Below are positions 48,770 to 61,689 of a stretch of 64,000 nt of DNA, piece after piece; positions within the stretch are counted from its first letter, which is position 1; each line of letters starts with the position of its first letter. Origin of the DNA: the human T2T-CHM13v2.0 reference genome, Homo sapiens. The stretch lies in the NCBI RefSeq assembly GCF_009914755.1, contig NC_060934.1; one strand, 5' to 3'. Position numbers and translations under genes: made by a program. A model generated the notes under the pieces. It was not told the DNA's origin and did not search any database. It saw only the letters and a list, made by a program, of their open reading frames with translations.

Positions 48770-50130
48770 TTTATAAGACTTTATTGAGATATCATTCACA
48801 TATCATACAATTCAACCATTTGAAGTATAAGATTGGATGGTATTTAGTATATTCACAGAATTGTACAGTCATCATCACAATCGATTCTAGAATATTTCAT
48901 CACCCCAAAAGAACACCAAAACAATTAGAAATCACTTTCTATTTCCCCCCCAAACTCTACCCCCCAACCTGGGGCAACCACATGTCTACTTTCTATCCCT
49001 ACATATTTGCTTATTCTGTAGATTTCATATAAATGGAATTACACAGTATATGGTCCTTTGTTACTGGCTTTTTTTTTTAACTTGGCACAATGTTTTCAAG
49101 TTTCATCCATGTTGTAGTATATATTAGTCCTTCATTTCTTTTTATGAACAAGTAATATTCCATTGTATGAAATATATGGGATATGTATATAGATATACAT
49201 TTTGTTTGTGAACCACTCAGTTGAGGGACATTTGGTGGTTTGCAGCTTTTGATATTAAGAATTATGCAGCTATTAACACTCATTCATGTACAAATGTACA
49301 AGTTTTTCTGTGAACCTGTTTTTGTTTCTCCTAGGTGGAATTGTTGGATCGTATAGTAACCTACAGTTAACTCTTTGAGGAACTGACAAACTGTTTTCCA
49401 AAGGGGCTGCACCAATCTCACCAGTTTACATCCCCACCGGCCATGTGTGAAGGTTCCATTTTCTCCACATCTTCACCAGCACTGTTATTGACTGCCTTTT
49501 TAATTATAGTCTACTAGGAAGTGTAAAGTACTCATTGTGGTTTTGATTTGCATTTTCCCTAATGAATAATAATATTGAGATTATTTTCATCCATTTACTG
49601 GCCAATTGCATGTCTTCTTTGAAGAAATGTTTATTCAAATTCTTTGCTCATTTTAATTAAATTTGTCTTTGTGTTATTTGGTTGTAAGCCTTTTTAATAT
49701 ATTCTGGATATAAATCTTTTATCAGATATATAGGATTTTAAAATATTTTTCCCATTTTCTGATCTTTCCCTTTCTTGATAGTGTCTTTAATGTACAATAG
49801 TTTCTAATTTTAAGCCAAATTTATTTATTTTTTGGTTGCTTTATGCTTTTGGTGTCATATCTAATAAATAACTACATAATCCAAAGCTACAAAAATTTAC
49901 ACCTACAGTGTCTTCTAAGAGTTTTATAGTTTAGCCCTTATATTTAGGTTTTTGATCCATTTTCCACTAATTTTACATATTCGTATAGGAGAGCCCACTT
50001 TGTTCCCTTACATGTGGATACTCAATTGTCCCAGGACTATTTATTGAAAAAGGCTATTCTTTCCTTCGTTGAATTGTCTTGGCACCCTTGTCAAAAATTC
50101 ACTGGCCATAAATATATGGGTATGTTGTGA
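48770..50130 (-). mobile_element. L1MB-like 3' fragment
   Basis: ttattgagatatcattcacatatcatacaattcaaccattt 3'-end signature and ORF2-end homology. Confidence 0.85.
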
Positions 50131-50379
50131 TTTTTTTTAAATAAAATTTAATATGAGTTTTTTTATTATGAAACTAATACATGTGCCATGTGGAGGGTTG
50201 GAAAATGCAAAAGTAGAAAATAATGGAACCTAATATTTTTATTATAAATGCATATTTATTTAACAGTATATATTGTGTGTATATGTGTTTGTATAGATAT
50301 ATACCAACTCATAAGGTTATTATTATGATCTAAAGGAATCAAATGATACACTACAAAATGCTGAGAAAATATTAATTGG

Positions 50380-50800
50380 TATAGCTAAGATTTATTAAGC
50401 ACTAATACATTAAACAGTCTGTCCTCAGCACTGTGAGTAATTATCTAATGTAATTCTCAGAACAACCCTAGAAGGAAGGTTCTGTTCTTAGGTCTACTTT
50501 ACAGCTGAAGAAATGGAAACTAAGCTCCAAGTACTGCCTAACCACTTGTTAGAATAAAACCCTCTAAATTATGTCCTTAATGTTCCATAGCAAGGTTTTA
50601 CTCTGTAATACTTAGGTCTTCTCTATGCCTATGCTAGGCACACTTATACTCACAAACTCCTTAAAACGTGAAAGAACTCTATAGGGAGTATTTTTCATTT
50701 CCATTTCATAGATCAGGAAACAGAAATTCAGAGATTTGGCAAGTTACATGGCAGAACCAGAATGCAAATGTAGAACTTCTCATACCAACCTGTTATCTTT
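50380..50800 (-). mobile_element. Two MIR fragments
   Basis: tttacagctgaagaaatggaaac; catttcatagatcaggaaacagaaattcagag. Confidence 0.65.
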
Positions 50801-53108
50801 CTGAAACACCTAAAGTGATTGAAAAATTACATTGATATGCATAGAAACATTGCATTTATATTTAATTTGGTTACTATAAGTAATTTAAACAGTCATAGAA
50901 GCTGACTCAAAATCTGACCTTGGGCAAGATTTCTGAATTTCAATTTGTTCCTTTTCAAAATGAAGACTTTGAGTAATTTTTAACCATGTTTTCCATCATG
51001 GATTCCTTTGGGAATCTAATCTAACACTTGACCTTTGGTACTCAAGAAAAATGGATACACACACACACATGCACACACATTCGTATATTATTTCTGAGGG
51101 TTTATGGACTTCTTAAGTTCCTTCAAGAATACCAAGGACCCACAGCTCTGCGGTTTCTAAATTCCTTCTAGCTCCAAAATTTCTGTGATGTCAAAACAAA
51201 ATTCAGTGAAATATTGTAAAAATATTTAGAGAAACTAGTTTTTCTCCCTGCTTCAGCAGCAAAATCAAAGTAATGCAAGTTGGCGTTAAGTCAGCAAATG
51301 GATTTATTTCCAAAAAAAAAAAAAGATAATTGACGAACAACCCACAAGCTGAACCCACATGGCAAGTCTTCCTGCAGAAAAATCCTTGTTTCTAAATTTA
51401 AAGTGCCCCACTCCTACGGCACATAAGATAATATTATTATTAGCAGAAAGAAAATTCATCGTGACATGGGTTTCAATAAATATTTATTTGGTATTTCTGG
51501 GAAGTGGGATGTTTCTGAAAAGTAACTGAGCTATGTGGATAAATGTAAAAGGATTTCTAAATCCTTTGGGCTAAGCAGGATATGAAGCAAAATGGTGGGA
51601 AGCAAGATATGCACTTTTTCAATTTGCCTAAAAAACTAATTTCAGTTTCTCAAAAAATACTGCCCCATTTCCAAGGGGCAGCCTGTTCCTTCCTAAAGAA
51701 GGGGAGCCTGAGAATTTAGATATTTCTTAATAACCAGGATAAGTAGCAGCCCAGGCCCAACATATATGACAATCACTCAGGAATTTCTAAAATCCACTGG
51801 GCATCCTCAGTTCAGAGGCCTGAAAGCACCTTGTGGAAAGCCTATCAAGAGCAAGCAATTTCAATAAGGAATTGTTAGCAATAAGGTGCAGTAGCAACAC
51901 TGTGGTGCCACCATAAATGTCCATTGGTCCTGGTGAATTAGTGGCATATAATTGCCTCACTATCATTATGTAAACCCAATTACAGGTAGGGCAAAAAGGG
52001 CAGTTACAAAACTGTATGTTTTAAAGTGATTCCATCTTTGTGAAAAAACAGAAAAGTGTTTACATGTAACAGCCATTGAAAAAAAATGGAAGACTATCTA
52101 GCAAAATGTCAATGGTTGTTATTTCCAGATGGTAAATTTTTTAACCTTTTTCTTTTTTTTTGCATTTTTCCCCAGTGAGTGTATTATTTCCATAATCAGA
52201 AAGAAAAATAATAAAATTATTCTCATTAGAAGGATAAAAGGTCTTATTATATAAAACTATCATTGACTAGATTTTTCTCCTGTTTTTGTATTTTACCAAA
52301 TAGTTAAAAAAATCCAAATTGTTTTCTTTTAATGCATTGATTTTTATCTCTCTTGGTATACTCTATTTTTAATACTCATATCCTTATCCAAAAATAACTT
52401 TCAGTGTCTCTGATAAATTGAAAACAAAAAAAAGCAAAGGAAGTAATCATCTTTGATTTATTGGTTCCTGATGTTTGAATTCACACAGACAAAAATCAGG
52501 ACAGATATATTTCTCTCTGATTAACAGAGCAACCACTGTATTTATAACTCTGTAACACTAAGGAATTATTGAGCACCTTTTTGTATAAGGTGCTTGAAAG
52601 GATATTTAGTTTTATAAGACACAGCCTCCACTCTCAAAGTACTATAGAATCTATAACTTCCAGATGCCAAACATGAAACTGGTGCTGAATCCAACCCGAA
52701 AGAATTTACTCCCAAAGGATTAACACTTGGCCTCTTAAGTACAGCTTTAGTGCATTCTTCCATTCCCCTCTGCCTCAGTTGAATACACTACACCCAGAAG
52801 ATGTGCATGGCAGAGTCTGAAGGAATTATCAGCTGTCAAGTACATGAAGAGGGTCAGTTGGACCTTAGTTATAGGCAGAATGGGTGATGGGTTGCTTGCT
52901 GTGAAATGAAATGAGGTGTGCCAGGCCATCCTCTGGCCAAAAACTAATCTATCTCCACCAAGACCTCAAGTAACCTGAAATTCTTGTATTAGAGATATAT
53001 TGCTTTGAATCTTGAAGACTTTTTACCCTTCAAATATTCCCCATGAATAGGAAAACATCCTTTGAGTGACAACAACTAAGCAACTGTTAGCTCCCATCTT
53101 GAAAAGAT

Positions 53109-53470
53109 ATAAATTTATGTGCTATTTTTTCAGAACCATAAATCAGGGTACATGGTAAGTTTGAGAATACTTTTGTAAATAGTAATATATTTTTCAAAGT
53201 GATGAATTTGCCTAGAAATTCAGGATGTATAGTCACTATATCTACCATTACCCTTTTCTATTGGCTTAGAAAAGTTTGGAGACCTCACTGAGAAACTGCC
53301 CAATCCCTTCTTTCCTTCCTTCTTTCCTTCTTTCCTTCCTTCCTTCCTTCCTTCCTTCCTTCCTTCCTTCCTTCCTTCCTTCCTTTCTTTCCTTCACTCC
53401 TTTAAGGTTCAATCTTTCCAGCTGTCCAGACATTCAAATAAAGCAGAAGGTCATCTGGCTTGAGTTGCTT
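53109..53470 (+). repeat. Left arm of an old inverted duplication, containing (TTCC)n
   Basis: Aligns to the reverse complement of 54427-54706 at roughly 80-85% by eye. Confidence 0.92.
53306..53395. repeat. (TTCC)n / (GGAA)n microsatellite, ~13 perfect units
   Basis: Read directly. Confidence 0.95.
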
Positions 53471-54426
53471 TATATCCACTTGACACATAAAGACATAAAG
53501 CCCTTCAGGCCTGTGATGCAGATATTCAGGGAGGAAAGGAAGAAGAAATAATTAGCAGGAAAGGATGTTTACAAGGGTGCTGAGATCAGAGTTGACCTGA
53601 TATGAATACATACATTCATATACACACACATACAGGACTGTGTCCAGGAGTGGCTCGTGCCATGAAAAGGTCTATACTGCTTATGACCTTATAGATTACC
53701 GGTTAACACTTGTTGTTTACTAAATCATAAAAAATGCCAAAAATGACTAGTAGTTATTAAGATATATTTGAAAGGGGGACATGGAGGAGCAGAGGAAAAG
53801 GAGAGCAGTCATGCTGTCTGTGCTTTTCACTTATAGATACTTTAGGAATATTTATTGAATGAAATAATTAAATGAGTAAAAATGATGGCAAGCATGATAA
53901 TGGTAATATTACAGTAATAACCACATTAAAATGCAAGAGGTGAAAGACTGATAAGTAGCTTTCCATATGTCATCAAATTAAGCACACTCTTGTCTCCACA
54001 TTGATATTTTGAAAAAGTACAAAACACACCAGCACTTCCCAAGGGGGAAAAATGTCTAACAAACAAACCAAAATACCAAGTCTTGAACCCTTGCCTCTGT
54101 CTTTGTTATTTTTGTCTGCTCACTTTTCCAAAACAAGTAACTACTGACATTCTCAGCCTTTATAAATTGGCCTGGAACTATTATTTCCACTGGTTGACCT
54201 TAACATGAATCAGAAGCAACCAAAACCTTTTGCTTTTGTTAATTACAGGTTTTGAACTGGTCAAAAACTTCATTTGAGGCAAGGCCAGGTGGTGGAAAGT
54301 CCGCGACCCAGACTTAAGTGAATCATCTGTCAAAAAAGGGAGAACATGCTTCTCCATCACAGTGACATTTAAGATAGGCTCATCTTCTAGTTAGGAAGTG
54401 CTTTGCACATGTGTTATGCAGAAATG

Positions 54427-54706
54427 AAGCAACTCCAACCAGATGACCTTCTGCTCTATTTGATTTCCTGGACAGCTGGAAAGGCTGAACCTTAAATGCG
54501 TGAATGAATGGATTGGGCCGTCTCTTAGTGAGGTCTCCAAACTTTTCCAAGCCAATGGAAGAGTAATGGTGGATACAGTGAATATACATCTTGAATTTCT
54601 AGGAAAATCTAACATTTTGACAAATCTATCATTATCCACAAAAGTATTCTCACACATAACATGAACTCTGACTTAGGGTTCAGAAAAAAATGGCCCATAA
54701 ATTTAT
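54427..54706 (-). repeat. Right arm of the inverted duplication
   Basis: Matches the left arm; the translations on opposite strands share ETSLR...LSSCP...QKVIWLELL. Confidence 0.92.
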
Positions 54707-56294
54707 GGATCAAGTCTCTTACTGGACAGTAGCTTGTGATTATAGAAATGATGCAATAGAATTGTTAGCTTAGTTTAAATTTGTTATGTTGTTATAAACT
54801 AAGAAAAATTAATCTCGATTTAACCCACTCTGCTTCATGGACCAAATGTTACATCCCAAATGTCTTTGAATATAACTGACAATGGTCCAGGCCAAAGAAC
54901 AATAGATAAAAGGAATACACTAACAAAAATAGTAAATGATAATGGAATTCTCTTCTTAATCAGATTTTCTGATTACCTAAGGATTAGGCAAATCAACTTT
55001 TGCAAAAATAAACTTTCTAAAATGTATGAGTCATCCTTAAGAGTACAAATCTGGTGAATGAAATTAAATCTGTTTTTATGGGCTCAGGGTCATTATTCTC
55101 TACTTTAATTTTTCAGGGGTCATTTCTGAAAGTAGATGGGCAGACAGTGCAAGCCATTGGGCTAATGCTGGCTTGGCTTTAAAACAGATTCCAAAAGGTA
55201 TTTAGGTGAGTGAGTTAAAAAATTAGATATATGCCATAAATTATTTTGTTTTTAAAACTTTTCTCCCAGTTCTGTTTAAGATTGAAGGGTGCTATTTAAT
55301 AAATCTGCCTATTTTCTCATTGCCCATCTTTTTCCTACCTGCTATTATTGGTAGATGAAGGTTTTGCTGCCATTTTTTTAGTCAGCTTCTCTGAATTCTA
55401 GATATTTCTTCTTATTCTCATTTGAATGCCTGACTGTATCTTTGTCTGGTGTTTGTGGGAGGTGTCTGTGAACCTTGAATAAGAAACACCATCTGTGGTT
55501 CACTTCCTTGGCATAAGAGTCCATTTGGAGAGCTTTTTTGCCATTTGAAATGAAACTGCTGTGCTGCCCTCTGGCTGCTTCTGATAAAATCTAACAGAAC
55601 AAAAACCACCACCTTGTTCCCTATAGGTCTTTCTCAGTTTGGGATTTCATGATTGTATCACAGCCTAGTTAGATACTCACTAATCACATCAAGTTGTGAT
55701 TTTATTTCTTTCTGAGGACTGCAGACACTTTGAAATAAATTGCCTTGACCCTACCACCTGTTAATGTCCTCTGTAAGACTGCATGTGCACACTTGTGGTA
55801 ATTTTCCAGCCACTAAGCTTGAGTGTATCTCCTGACAGTTCAAATATGCTGCTATTTCCCATTTTCACATCCCTTTGTTTGATACCTGCAGATCAGGAAA
55901 GTACCAGGTGAAATGCTATTTTATTTCCTGTACATTTTGCAAAAGGTAGAAGATTTTTAATGGTCTATCTCTGCAAGTGTCCAGAGGGGGATAAATAACT
56001 CATGTTGCTACACTGAAAATATAATTATGATAAACACATTATATCTCACCAATTAGCTTCACCTCAGATCAGAAGGAAACACATCTTTAGCTAGCCCATC
56101 AGACAGCAGAAGCAGTCTCTACTTTTACACTTCAAAATGCTGAAATTCCTTCCATCCTTTCCAAGATGATAACAATCTATCAAATTCACAAAATTTTAAC
56201 AATAACTGTAGCTTAAATTTCTAGAGGACCATTTGTCATTGCCTCTTGTTTGAAGAAGTTTTCAAACACAAAAAAAATGAATGTTAAGAGAGTT

Positions 56295-59200
56295 TCATGT
56301 TCAGTTCTGACAAGTAAGAGCTTAGAAATTGTCGCTCCGAACTTTAGAACAAGAAAAAAAAACGCTGAACAAACTGAAAATCAATAACTTTTCTTGGACC
56401 ATCAGAAAATTGAAGTCGCAGGATAAACAGCCACTCTGAAATCTGGAGAGATGAGAATATGAAGAAACACAGCCAAGATTAGCTAGCCCAGAGCAGAAGT
56501 TACTGGAGTCATACATTAGTAGAACTACCTAAATAGTTATTTGGATAAATTGCTCTAGGCTGAATGTAGGCTAGCATGAGAATGAGAAAACCTGGGGACT
56601 CAAGTCTTAGGGAGGCCTACCCAACTTTCATAGATAGATTTTACCTCCAGGAACCTCACCAGGTTCCCACAATAAAGAGCCAAGAAAAAATCACCTCATA
56701 TCTTTAGCAAGGGAAGGGGGAAAATGATCATTTTGAAATGTTTTCAGTGTGTTCTTCACAACAATTTGCTCTGCTCAAGTGAAAAAGACTTCAGCAGAAC
56801 CTTATCTCATATAGGCAGAGGAGCAATACCCAATTCCAGATCTCTTTAGCCTTCTATCTCACTCGAGGAGCAAGAAGAGGGGAAAAAAAGAAGTTGTAGT
56901 GAAACTTATAGCCCACAAGACACAGGCCCACAAAAACTCAGCTAATCTTAAGATTACTGAATACGACCCCTTACTCACTCCTTAGCATCACTTCAATAGG
57001 GCCTCAGTATAAACATGGATTACCACTTAGACTGTTTTAAGAAGGAATTCTTGGAAAGCCCAAAGACAGCAATGGGGACAAAAAGAAGAACACTAAAGGA
57101 TTTTGAAATTCATAGCACCTACAGCTACAACAGACATTATAAGCAACATAACTCATAGCTACAGCAGCATAAAACCTCACACTAAAAGTCTATTTCTCTC
57201 ACTTGTTACTACAAGTTATATCGTGTTTGGCTTTCAACAAAAATTACCAGGAATGTAAAAATGAATTCTGAAGTGACAAAGCAAGTATCAGAACCAGATT
57301 CAGATATGATACAGATTTTGGAATTATAAGACCTGGAATCTAAAGTAACTTTGATTATTATATTAAGGGCTCTAATGGAAAAGGTGGGCAACCTGCAAGA
57401 ACAGATGTGTAATGTAAAGAGAGAAATGGAAACTCTAAGAAAGAATCAAAAGGAAATGCTAGAAATAAAAAACACTGTAAGATAAATGAATAATGGCTTT
57501 GATGCACTTATGAGTAGAGTGGACACAGCTGAGGAAAAAATTCAGTGAACTTGAAGATATGTCAATGTAAACTTTTTGAAGTGAAATGGAAAAAAAAACC
57601 CCAGAATATGCAAAAACTGTAAGGCAATTTCATAGGATGTAATGTAGCATAATTGGAATACCAAAAAAAGAAGAGACAACAGAGTAAAAAAAATATTTAA
57701 AGTAATATTATTTCTAAAGTTAATGAAAGATGCTAAATGCAGATCCAGAAATTCAGAGAACACCAACAAAATAAAAATTTAAAACTCTATACCTAGAAAT
57801 ATCATACTCAAACTACAGAAAACCAAAGACAAATGGGAAAACTTGAGAGAAGCCAGAGGAGAATAAAAGCCTTACCTAGAGAATAAAAAGATAAAGATTT
57901 ATAGGAGACTTTTCTTTAGAAATCATGCAAGCAAGAAGTGAGCAGAGTGAAATATTTAGTGTTAGAAAAAAAAAAAGCCCTAGAATTTTATATCCAGCAA
58001 AATTAGCCTTGAAAAGATAAGGAGAAATACTTTCTCAAACAAACAAAAACTGAAAGAATTTATCTCCAACATACCTGCCCTGAAAATCATAACTTTTTTT
58101 TAAGAAAAAAAGGTCTTCAGAGAAAAGCAAAGTGATATAGGTCAGAAACTCAAATCTACATTTTAAAAAGTAAAGCATCAAAGAAGGAATAAGTGAAGGT
58201 AAAATTAAACCTTATTTCTTCTTTATTGTTAATTGAGCAAATAGATTTTTTCAAAGTAATAGTAGTAATTGTGTGATTATATCATATGTATAACTGAAAT
58301 AAATAAAAATGCAGCAATTTTCTAAGGGACAGGAGAAAGAAGTTGGGGATACTCTGTTATAAGATATCTGTGCTGAAAAGTGGTATAGTATTATTTGAAA
58401 GTAGACTTGGATTAGTTGTAAATGTATATTGCAAATTTAAGGAAAAATACTAAAATAATTTTTGAAAGGAATGTGAAATGGTAGGACAGCTTGGCATTTT
58501 ACAAAGCTAAACGTTGTTTTGTCATATGATCCAGAAATTGCATTCTTAGGTAGTTACTTAACTGATTTTAAAATTTACGTCTACAAAAAAACCAACATGC
58601 AAATGTTGCTTTATTTATAATTGTGAAAAACTGGAAGCTTTATTCATAATTGTAAGAAAAACTGGAAGCAACCAATATTCCCTTCAATAGGTGAATGGAT
58701 AAACTGTGATCATCTACACAATGGAATATTATTCAGTTATAAAATAAAATGAGCACCAATATTGATAGCAGCATTATCCATAATTGCCAAGCAGTAGAAA
58801 CAATCCAAGTATCCATCAACAGATAAATGGATAAAATATGGCATACATATGCAATGAAATATTATTCAGCCTTAAAAAAAGAATGATATTTTGGCACATG
58901 CTACAACATAGATGATCCTTGAAAACATTATGCTATGTGAAACAAGACAGATATTAAAGGACAAATATAGTATCGTTCCATTTATATACAGTTTCTAGGA
59001 TAGGCAAAATTATGGACAGAAAAATAGAGTTTACCAAGGGCTAGGTGAAGGAAGAATGGGGAGTTATTATTTAATGGGCACAGAATTTCAACTGGAAATA
59101 ATTAAAAGTTCTAGAAATAGGTAGTGGTGAAAGTTCGCATTCAACAACGTGAATATGCTTAATGCGACTGATGTGTACCTTTTTAAATGGTGGTTGAAAT

Positions 59201-60430
59201 GGCAATTTTTATGTATACTTTCCCCAATATGCATGCATAGTAAATGTACAGTAAACATTTGTTGAAAGAGGGAAAAAAATTCAAATGAGCTAATAAGCCA
59301 CAGAAGTCACGGATTAATCTAAAATGCATATTGCTAAATGAAAGAAGACCATCTGAATACTCTATAACATGTATAATTCCAATTGTATGACATTCTGGAA
59401 AAAGCAACACTATAGATACAGTGAAAAGATCAGTGGTTATTAGGGGATTGGGTGGGAGTAGGAGGAAGGTTTAAATAGGTGAAGCACCAGCAATATTAAG
59501 GGCAGTGAAACTATTCTGTATGATTCTTCAATAGGAGATACATGGTATTGCACATTTGTCATAACCCATGGAACTTTATAGCACAAAGTGATATACCAAC
59601 TGCATTAAAAAGTATGAAACAATTTCACTGGAGGCGATGAGGGGATAATGTGCCAACCTAAGTATTTCTGGAAATGAGTAGAGTCTGTAAGACTAAAAGC
59701 AGAAGGAACTACACATAAGCTCTGCACTCTAGTCAATAAAGTTATTTTCTATCAGAGTATGAGTGCTTATATTGCTATACATGTATACTGGAACAATTAA
59801 GTAAATAGATGGTGAATGGTGAGAGCCAGCTTTCCCACTGTTGCAGTAGGAACTTAAAGATAAGCAAGGGAAGGAGGTAAGAATGATGATCCATGTGGCA
59901 ATGAATTAATGCTGGAGATAGCATTTAGAATTCATGTTTAACTTAATATAGACATGCACGATTGCACATAGAAACATGTATATTTGTAAGTATTCACACA
60001 TATTTTTCCTTGCTCAGTCAGCTGAGAGAGCCTGAAAGCAATGACACCCAAGTAGCAATAAGCACACCTAGCACCCAAATCTTGGTTTCTAATACTACTC
60101 TCCAATTAAAAGAATAAGGGATCCTTGGAGAAATGTGGGATTCTGGGACACATCTGAGACTGAAACAGGTAATATAAATGAGGAGAGTGGAGTATCACGT
60201 AGTGCCATAAAGTAAGGAAGTGCTGAAAAAACAAAGAACAAAAGCACACCCCTGAAAAACCCACATTGACAGCTGCATGTCAAAGAGACACAGAAGTCAA
60301 CTGAAAGATATCCCAATGACAAAAGCTGGAATGATTAAGTTACAAAATAAAATGCCACTGTAATATAACCCAAAGTACAAAATGAATATCCATGAATCCA
60401 TACTGATATAAATAAATGATTAAATAAACA
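56295..60430 (+). mobile_element. L1MD-like element (5' region, ORF1 remnant, large internal deletion, long 3'UTR)
   Basis: ORF1-like gaaaaggtgggcaacctgcaagaacagatg; L1MD-type 3'UTR gcaatgacacccaagtagcaataagcacacctagcacccaaatc. Confidence 0.75.
58756..59282 (+). mobile_element. L1MB-like 3' fragment nested in the L1MD
   Basis: Second copy of ORF2-end/3'UTR text, flanked by aaatgagc at 58748-58755 and 59283-59290. Confidence 0.65.
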
Positions 60431-61689
60431 TAGGGATTGGAGATTCAAGATGGCCGAATAGGAACAGCATGGATCTGCAGCACCCAGCGAGATTGACACA
60501 GAAGGCAGGTGATTTCTGCATTTCCAACTGAAGTACCCGGTTTACCTCATTGGGACTGATTAGACAGTGGGTGCAGCCCACAGAGGGCGAGCCGAAGCAG
60601 GGTGGGGCATCGCCTCACCAGGGAAGTGCAAGGGGTCGGGGAATTTTCCCCCCAACCCAAGGGAAGACAAGAGGGTCTGAGTCTGGGGAACGCCGACACA
60701 GATCCTGAGCTTGTCCCACAGTCTACACAACCTGCAAACCGAGAGATTCCTCTGGTGACTACCCCACCAGGGCCCTGGGTTTCAAGTACAAAACTGGGCG
60801 GCCAATTGGGCAGACACGGAACTAGCTGCAAGAGTCTTTTCTTTTTTTTCATACCCCAGTGGCGCCTGGACCTCCAGCGAGACAAAAACATTCACTCCCC
60901 TGGAAAGCAGGGCTGAAGCCAGGGAGCTAAGTGGTCTGGCTTGGCGGGACTCACCCCCACTGAGCCCAGGAAACTAAGATCCACTGGCTTGAAATTCTCT
61001 CTGCCAGCACAGCAGCAATTTGAGATACACCTGGGACAGTCAAGCTTGGTGGGGGGAGGGGCATCCGCCATTGCTGAGGCTTGAGTAGGCAGTTTTAAGG
61101 CCACAGGGTAAACAAAGCTGCTGGGAAGTTCAAATTAAGCGGAGCCCACTGCAGCTCAGCGAGGCTGCTGTGGCCGGACTGCCAGATTGCTCCTCCCTGG
61201 ACAGGGCATCTCTGTAAAAAAGGCAGCAGCCCCAATTAGGGACTTATAACAGACTTAAAAGTCCCTGCCTGATGTCTCTGAAGAGAGCAGCAGACCTCCC
61301 AGCACAGCGTTCAAGCTCTGCTAAGCATCAGTGTGCCTCTTCAAGTGGGTCCCTGACCCCTGTGTGTACTGACTGGGAGACACCTCCCAGTTGGGGCGAC
61401 AGACACCTCATACAGGAGAGCTCTGGCTGGCATCTGGCAGGTGCCCCACTGGGTCGAAGCTTCCAGACAAAAGAACAGGCAGCAATCTTTGCTGCTTTGC
61501 AGCCTCTGCTGGTGATACCCAGGGAAACAGGGTGGGGAGCGGACCTCCAGCAATCTCTAGCAGACTGGCAAACGGGGGGCCTGACTGTTAGAAGGAAACG
61601 AAACAAACAGAAAGGATTAGCACGTCCACTCAAAGACCCCATCCGAAGGTCACCAACATCAAAGACCAAAGGTAGATAAATCCACAAAG

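Noticed and set aside
53276-54657. Two similar peptides on opposite strands (...QKVIWLELL) as paralogous genes
   Set aside because: The similarity follows from the DNA inverted duplication. Starts are non-ATG, one frame runs through a microsatellite, and there is no recognisable domain.
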